NCBI GenBank assembly: GCA_050173015.1
Contig: JBFXLE010000022.1
Location: 1,102 to 65,101, forward strand
Length of the DNA stretch: 64,000 nucleotides
Source: Calditrichaceae bacterium
GTDB taxonomy: Bacteria > Calditrichota > Calditrichia > Calditrichales > JBFXGD01
Direction of reading: 5' to 3'
The translations under genes were made by a program, and so were the position numbers. Within the stretch, counting starts at the first letter, position 1. Every line of letters starts with the position of its first letter. Below are positions 59,934 through 64,000 of this stretch, piece after piece. A model generated the notes under the pieces. It did no database searches, had not been told where the DNA came from, and saw nothing but the letters and a program-made list of their open reading frames with translations.

Positions 59934-60311
59934 ATGATTAAAATTCTTGTAATAGATGATGAAGAGTCAATATGCTGGATTACCAAAAAAATGCTGGAAG
60001 ATCTCGGAAAGTACAGAGTGGTGTTTGCCACCAGCGGTAAATCGGGTCTAAAGGCCGCCAAAAGCGAATCACCCGATTTGATACTTCTTGATATTGAGAT
60101 GGATGACATGAGCGGCCTCGATGTGCTGAAAGTACTCCGGAAAAAGAAAAAAACAAAGGAAATTCCGGTGATAATGGTGACCGGGGTTGACGCTCCCGAA
60201 GCTATGGAAGAAGCGAGTTATGACTACGCGGAACAATATCTCTTAAAACCGATAAAAGTCGAAGAGCTTGATGAAGCAATCGAGCGCTCTCTATCCTATC
60301 AGCAAAGGTAG
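59934..60311 (+). CDS. Stand-alone CheY-like response regulator receiver
   Basis: GGAGG lies 5 nt upstream of the ATG. VIDDEESI, LILLDIEMDDMSG, VIMVTG and LLKPI match the receiver catalytic positions. Confidence 0.8.
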   Translation: MIKILVIDDEESICWITKKMLEDLGKYRVVFATSGKSGLKAAKSESPDLILLDIEMDDMSGLDVLKVLRKKKKTKEIPVIMVTGVDAPEAMEEASYDYAEQYLLKPIKVEELDEAIERSLSYQQR

Positions 60312-60450
60312 GCCTTAATAATTCCATCTGGCAGACTATCTGTCTTACTTACTGAAATAAATATCTTTTAAATACGAATTATATTTTCTTATCGTTATCC
60401 AATATCCAGCGGACTATGCGTTATCTGAATAATAACCGGGTTAAAGTTTG

Positions 60451-60997
60451 AAAACCGATTCTAGCTATAAAAATCCGTGTCCCGCTAATCCCACGATTCA
60501 AATCGTGGGTTATTAGCAGCAACAGGATGGGCCTATTAACCCATGACTTTAGTCATGGGGCACTAAAAACCGATTCTAGCAATAAAACCGATTTATCGGT
60601 TTTTGTACGAAGATCAGTGTCCCGCTAATCCCACGATTCATCTCGTGGGTTATTAAAAGCAACAAGATGCGCCTACTAACCCAGGACTTCAGTCATGGGG
60701 CACTAGAATCCGATTCTAGCTATAAAAGTCCGTGTCCCGCTAATCCCACGATTCATCTCGTGGGTTATTAAAAGCAACAAGATGCGCCTACTAACCCAGG
60801 ACTTCAGTCATGGGGCACTAGAATCCGATTCTAGCTATAAAACCGATTTATCGGTTTTTGTACGAAGATCAGTGTCCCGCTAATCCCACGATTCAAATCG
60901 TGGGTTATTAGCAGCAACAGGATGAGCCTATTAACCCATGACTTCAGTCATGGGGCACTTAAAACCGATTATAGCAATAAAACCGATTTATCGGTTT
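60451..60997 (+). repeat. Tandem array of four ~87-nt hairpin-rich modules with alternating 28-nt and 53-nt linkers
   Basis: Cores at 60477-60563, 60617-60703, 60732-60818 and 60872-60958, with start spacing of 140, 115 and 140 nt. Cores 2 and 3 are identical. Cores 1 and 4 differ at 2 positions. Each core contains CCCACGATT..AATCGTGGG and CCCATGACT..AGTCATGGG hairpins and complementary ends (GTGTCCC/GGGGCAC). Linkers repeat CCGATTCTAGC[A/T]ATAAAA. Three of them carry the palindrome AAACCGAT-TT-ATCGGTTT. Confidence 0.9.
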
Positions 60998-61525
60998 CAC
61001 AAGGAGGAACAATATGTCAAAACGCTCACATTCAGCTTGTTATATTCATCTGATTTGGGGAGTAAAAGACAGAACACCCCTTTTAAGCTCGGATGAAGTT
61101 CGCAAGAAAATTAATCACTATTTCCACAATTATTTAAGAGAGCTCGAAATAAGAGTTTTAGCCTTATACACCAATCCGGACCATGTGCATATTCTGATTG
61201 AACTGCCATTAAACAGAACTATACAGGATATCGTGAAACTTATTAAAGGAAGTTCCTCACATTGGATCAACCAAAATGATATAATTTCCAGAAAATTTTC
61301 CTGGGCGGTTGGGTATGCTGTATTTACAGTATCCAAATACAATATTTACAAAGTGGTAAAATATATTTCAAAGCAGAAGGAACATCACAAGAAATTAACT
61401 TTTATTGATGAATACAGTAAGTTTATCGATTTGTATGGTAATTCCGCAAAAAGGTAATCACGTCGATAAACTCTTCCTCTGATATCATCAGTTTGTCTTT
61501 ACCAACCTACGATTAAAGTTGTAGG
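60872..61525 (+). mobile_element. Possible IS200-like unit (structured left end, Y1 transposase gene, right-end hairpin); boundaries uncertain
   Basis: Module 4, the 147-aa HUH/Y1 gene and the downstream hairpin CCTACGATTAAAGTTGTAGG (61506-61525) span about 650 bp, comparable to IS200 as I recall it. The left and right hairpins are related. There are no terminal inverted repeats, as expected for this family. Confidence 0.4.
61014..61457 (+). CDS. IS200/IS605-family Y1 (HUH) transposase-like protein (TnpA / RAYT-like)
   Basis: AAGGAGG lies 6 nt upstream. YIHLIWGVKDRTPLL, the HUH motif in NPDHVHILIELP, and the catalytic Tyr region KYISKQKEHHKK. 147 aa, typical of Y1_Tnp proteins. Confidence 0.8.
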   Translation: MSKRSHSACYIHLIWGVKDRTPLLSSDEVRKKINHYFHNYLRELEIRVLALYTNPDHVHILIELPLNRTIQDIVKLIKGSSSHWINQNDIISRKFSWAVGYAVFTVSKYNIYKVVKYISKQKEHHKKLTFIDEYSKFIDLYGNSAKR

Positions 61526-61727
61526 ATAGGAATTTGAGTAAGGACATAAAATCTGGTATATAATTTAACAGAACATCTCAATTGTTTCTGAGACAGCTTC
61601 AGAATATTACATCAAATTTTAAAAGGATACTCATTCCGCGTGCCTATTTAATACCTTCGGTCGGCATTATATTTAATATAGCTGAACTTTCAATGGAAAA
61701 TTTATAATGCAGGCGTGATACAATTTG

Positions 61728-61814
61728 CGGAGAGGGAGGGATTCGAACCCTCGGAGGCCTTGCGACCTCAACGGTTTTCGAGACCGCCCCGTTCAACCAC
61801 TCCGGCACCTCTCC
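61728..61814 (-). tRNA. tRNA-Ser (anticodon CGA)
   Basis: The reverse complement is GGAGAGGTGCCGGAGTGGTTGAACGGGGCGGTCTCGAAAACCGTTGAGGTCGCAAGGCCTCCGAGGGTTCGAATCCCTCCCTCTCCG. It has a 7-bp acceptor, anticodon loop CTCGAAA, a long variable arm and a GGTTCGAAT T-loop. CCA is not encoded. Confidence 0.85.
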
Positions 61815-61852
61815 AACTGGCAGAAAAAAATAAGACTGATTTCAATAAAATG

Positions 61853-61885
61853 CAAAATAAAAAAAGGCAGAATCTCATCTGCCTT
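61853..61885 (-). terminator. Rho-independent terminator 4 nt after tRNA-Ser(GGA)
   Basis: The minus strand reads AAGGCAGATGAGATTCTGCCTT (8-bp stem) followed by TTTTTTTTATTTT. Confidence 0.6.
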
Positions 61886-61888
61886 GCT

Positions 61889-61975
<87 letters not shown>

Positions 61976-61978
61976 GGC

Positions 61979-62419
61979 TCATTTTTTATTATTTCTAAGT
62001 GTCTGAAAAAACTCAACCATCATATCAGCGCATTCCGCCTTCAAAATCCCAGGAATTACTTTTATCCGGTGATTTAATCTCGGATCATTCAAAAGATTAA
62101 ACAAACTTGAATGCGCGCCTGTTTTAATATCCGGCACCCCATATACCACCTGCTTCAGCCTTGCCAGTACAGAAGCTCCGGCGCACATGGCGCAGGGCTC
62201 AACCGTCACATAAAGGGTCGCCTCTCTCAGCCATTTGTCACTAATCGTGGCCGCAGCTGAAGTAATCGCGATCATTTCGGCGTGCGCGGTCGGATCATTT
62301 AATAACTCAACCTGGTTATGACCTCTGCCGATCACTTTATTTTCAAGAACAATAACCGCCCCAACCGGCACATCTCCGGAACCCAATGCCTTGCGCGCTT
62401 CCTTAAGAGCTTCTTTCAT
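61979..62419 (-). CDS. tadA: tRNA-specific adenosine deaminase TadA
   Basis: CDA-fold zinc motifs HAEMIAI and EPCAMCAGA. 146 aa from the ATG at 62419. The longer ORF-track version runs through tRNA genes. Confidence 0.85.
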   Translation of the reverse strand: MKEALKEARKALGSGDVPVGAVIVLENKVIGRGHNQVELLNDPTAHAEMIAITSAAATISDKWLREATLYVTVEPCAMCAGASVLARLKQVVYGVPDIKTGAHSSLFNLLNDPRLNHRIKVIPGILKAECADMMVEFFQTLRNNKK

Positions 62420-62473
62420 AAAGGATTCGTGGATTTTGCGCAAATGTGTGTCCTTTGAAGCGATATAAACTTG

Positions 62474-62546
62474 TAGCGCGTACGGGATTCGAACCCGTGT
62501 TACCGGCGTGAGAGGCCAGCGTCCTAAACCACTAGACGAACGCGCC
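62474..62546 (-). tRNA. tRNA-Glu (anticodon CUC)
   Basis: The reverse complement is GGCGCGTTCGTCTAGTGGTTTAGGACGCTGGCCTCTCACGCCGGTAACACGGGTTCGAATCCCGTACGCGCTA. Anticodon loop CTCTCAC. The D-arm GTCTAGTGG..AGGAC is typical of tRNA-Glu. Confidence 0.8.
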
Positions 62547-62589
62547 AATGAACCATCAAAAAAATACCCCTGTTCGAAGGGGTTATAAG

Positions 62590-62663
62590 TACGCCCGGGA
62601 GGAGTCGAACCCCCAACCTTTTGGTCCGTAGCCAAACGCTCTATCCAATTGAGCTACGGGCGC
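62590..62663 (-). tRNA. tRNA-Arg (anticodon ACG)
   Basis: The reverse complement is GCGCCCGTAGCTCAATTGGATAGAGCGTTTGGCTACGGACCAAAAGGTTGGGGGTTCGACTCCTCCCGGGCGTA. Anticodon loop CTACGGA and D-stem GCTC/GAGC. Confidence 0.8.
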
Positions 62664-62681
62664 ATCCTTGATCAATAACAG

Positions 62682-62752
62682 CTGCGGGACAGGGATTCGA
62701 ACCCCGGTTACCTGGGCCAGAACCAGGCGTCCTGCCGCTAGACGATCCCGCA
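62682..62752 (-). tRNA. tRNA-Gln (anticodon CUG)
   Basis: The reverse complement is TGCGGGATCGTCTAGCGGCAGGACGCCTGGTTCTGGCCCAGGTAACCGGGGTTCGAATCCCTGTCCCGCAG. It has a U1:A72 pair as in bacterial tRNA-Gln, and anticodon loop TTCTGGC. Confidence 0.8.
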
Positions 62753-62808
62753 AATTCATTAAACAATCAAATCGCCATGTTTGAATGTTCATCAAAAATA
62801 AGAGCAGT

Positions 62809-62837
62809 AATATACAGTTCGATAAAATAAATGTCAA
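62809..62837 (-). promoter_or_regulatory. Candidate sigma-70 promoter of the tRNA-tadA operon
   Basis: The minus strand reads TTGACA, a 17-nt spacer (TTTATTTTATCGAACTG), then TATATT. It lies about 55 nt upstream of the tRNA-Gln 5' end. Confidence 0.5.
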
Positions 62838-62853
62838 GGAAGTTTTAGGGAAT

Positions 62854-63060
62854 TTACCTTGCTAATCTTACATTTACGGCCCGCTCACCTTTCATGTCGC
62901 TCCGGACATCAAATTTCACCTGCTGACCTTCAATTAATCGTTTATTTGGAATCGAAGGATGCAGATCACCGGCATTTACAAATAAATCATCCCCGTCCTC
63001 ACTTACAATAAATCCAAATCCCTTTTGACTGTCCCACATTTTAACTTTACCCGTTTGCAT
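62854..63060 (-). CDS. Cold-shock domain protein (CspA family)
   Basis: 68 aa. GKVKMWDSQKGFGFI (RNP1-like KGFGFI) and DLFVNAGDL (RNP2 position). Confidence 0.9.
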   Translation of the reverse strand: MQTGKVKMWDSQKGFGFIVSEDGDDLFVNAGDLHPSIPNKRLIEGQQVKFDVRSDMKGERAVNVRLAR

Positions 63061-63135
63061 TGGCCCACCATTCTTTACTTACACATCAATTAATTTTAAC
63101 TATCCTGCCTCATCCGGTTCCATACCGCATCCCTT

Positions 63136-63882
63136 TTATTGGCTTAATCCGCTGATTAATAAATTTAACGCCGGAATAAGTAAGATTATGGCAATAACAC
63201 GATTAAATTTTTGCTCATTCACTATCTGCTGAAAATAATTTCCGATGAATAACCCAAGGAGAAGAAGCAATCCCATAACTCCTAAATCAACGGCGGCAAT
63301 TTCTAATTTTATCGAATGCCAGCGGTATAAAAAAAATCTCCAGGCGGCGCCGAACATAAAGATGGCGATGAGCTGATCCCTGAAATATTCCTTTTTGTAA
63401 ATCAATTTCATGTAGATGATAAGCACGGGTCCGGTCATTCCAATCAGCCCGCCTGTGAATCCGGCTGTTATCGCCACCGGTACTTTAAGCCACTTCAGCA
63501 TCCTATTGGGTTTTAAGTCACCGGTTGAATTATTTTTATAAAATATCAGAATCGATATAAAGATTAGCAAACCGACAGCGATAGATAGTTTTAATGTTTG
63601 AGGGGTAAACGATTTCATCAGAAGCGTCCCTGCCCAGGCTCCGAGATACAGAAAGAATGTAACAGGAACAACAAACTTCCAGTCGATACGCTTATATACT
63701 GACAAAAAGAGGATCGGACCCGCGATTAAATCAAACAGAGCAGCCGTTGATATGGCGGTTTCCGGATCATAGATCAGTGAAAAGACCGGAATAAGCACAA
63801 GCGCCGGGCCAAAACCGGAAAATCCCTTTACAAAATACGCCAGAATCACGACCAGCAGAGCTATTATCTGGTAAATATCCAA
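63136..63882 (-). CDS. TauE/SafE family membrane permease (second copy in window)
   Basis: 248 aa, polytopic. FSGFGPALVLIPVFSL and GGLIGMTGPVLIIYM resemble the two internal repeats of DUF81/TauE proteins. Confidence 0.75.
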   Translation of the reverse strand: MDIYQIIALLVVILAYFVKGFSGFGPALVLIPVFSLIYDPETAISTAALFDLIAGPILFLSVYKRIDWKFVVPVTFFLYLGAWAGTLLMKSFTPQTLKLSIAVGLLIFISILIFYKNNSTGDLKPNRMLKWLKVPVAITAGFTGGLIGMTGPVLIIYMKLIYKKEYFRDQLIAIFMFGAAWRFFLYRWHSIKLEIAAVDLGVMGLLLLLGLFIGNYFQQIVNEQKFNRVIAIILLIPALNLLISGLSQ

Positions 63883-63896
63883 TTTAGTCCCTGCCG

Positions 63897-64000
63897 CTAT
63901 TCAAGATCTAAATCTTTGTCAATAATATTTAATAAACCGGTCATGGCGGAAACTTCATCGGCAGGCGTCAGGATCCTGCGAATCTTGGTGGTATAGCGGA
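63897..64000 (-). CDS. 3' end of an unidentified CDS continuing beyond the window
   Basis: The frame is open from the window edge to the TAG at 63897-63899. The C-terminal peptide is RYTTKIRRILTPADEVSAMTGLLNIIDKDLDLE. It is too short to identify. Confidence 0.3.
   Translation of the reverse strand, partial: RYTTKIRRILTPADEVSAMTGLLNIIDKDLDLE

Noticed and set aside
60451-60997. CRISPR array as an explanation for the tandem repeats
   Set aside because: The repeat units are 87 nt and internally hairpin-rich. The intervening sequences are themselves repeated (two linker types) rather than unique spacers. There are no cas genes in the window.
60451-61013. Omega-RNA or guide RNA of a TnpB/IscB nuclease, or a retron msr/msd, as an explanation for the structured repeats
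   Set aside because: No TnpB, IscB or reverse-transcriptase ORF is present. The only adjacent gene is a 147-aa Y1 transposase-like protein, and the array lies 5' of it.
62420-62837. N-terminal 72 codons of the 218-aa ORF (61979-62635) and the 84-aa ORF at 62583-62837
   Set aside because: Both are translations across tRNA-Glu, tRNA-Arg and tRNA-Gln on the same strand. The TadA domain begins at the ATG at 62419.

Overview
The window is almost fully coding chromosomal DNA from an A+T-rich Gram-negative bacterium. Gene content suggests an FCB-superphylum lineage (Ignavibacteriota/Bacteroidota-like): fused CcoN-CcoO, alternative complex III next to a caa3 oxidase, a TSP3-OmpA protein and several sigma-54 activators. 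Shine-Dalgarno sites and one canonical -35/-10 promoter are visible. The taxon cannot be fixed without a database search.

The dominant feature is a ~23 kb run of 23 same-strand genes (5596-28719, minus strand) encoding a complete aerobic respiratory chain:
- heme O synthase (ctaB)
- alternative complex III (actABCDEF)
- a SCO copper chaperone
- caa3 oxidase (ctaCDEF)
- the cbb3 oxidase with its maturation genes (ccoI, ccoS, ccoNO, ccoQ, ccoP, ccoG, fixH)
- heme A synthase (ctaA), a second SCO and DUF420

The rest of the window holds:
- pyrD, a PPi-type phosphofructokinase and two fatty-acid activating enzymes
- a tol-pal cluster headed by a CheY-like receiver
- four histidine kinases and five response regulators, two of them sigma-54 activators
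- a NYN/LOTUS protein and an M28 peptidase
- a cold-shock protein and two TauE/SafE permeases
- a five-tRNA cluster with tadA embedded in it

I found no defence island, prophage, CRISPR array or toxin system, and I do not claim a new system. The most unusual items are:
1. Four tandem ~87-nt structured modules in the leader of an IS200/RAYT-type Y1 (HUH) transposase gene, with a related hairpin downstream that carries a compensatory change.
2. tadA inside a tRNA operon that also encodes its substrate tRNA-Arg(ACG), with a tRNA starting 3 nt after its stop codon.
3. A 590-aa membrane coiled-coil protein whose N-terminus looks like an SMC/RecF/YhaN-type head with a destroyed P-loop.
4. A histidine kinase lacking the G1/G2 ATP-lid boxes.
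5. A ~720-bp ORF-poor gap upstream of the tol operon.

All calls come from reading motifs in the supplied translations and sequence. No searches were run.
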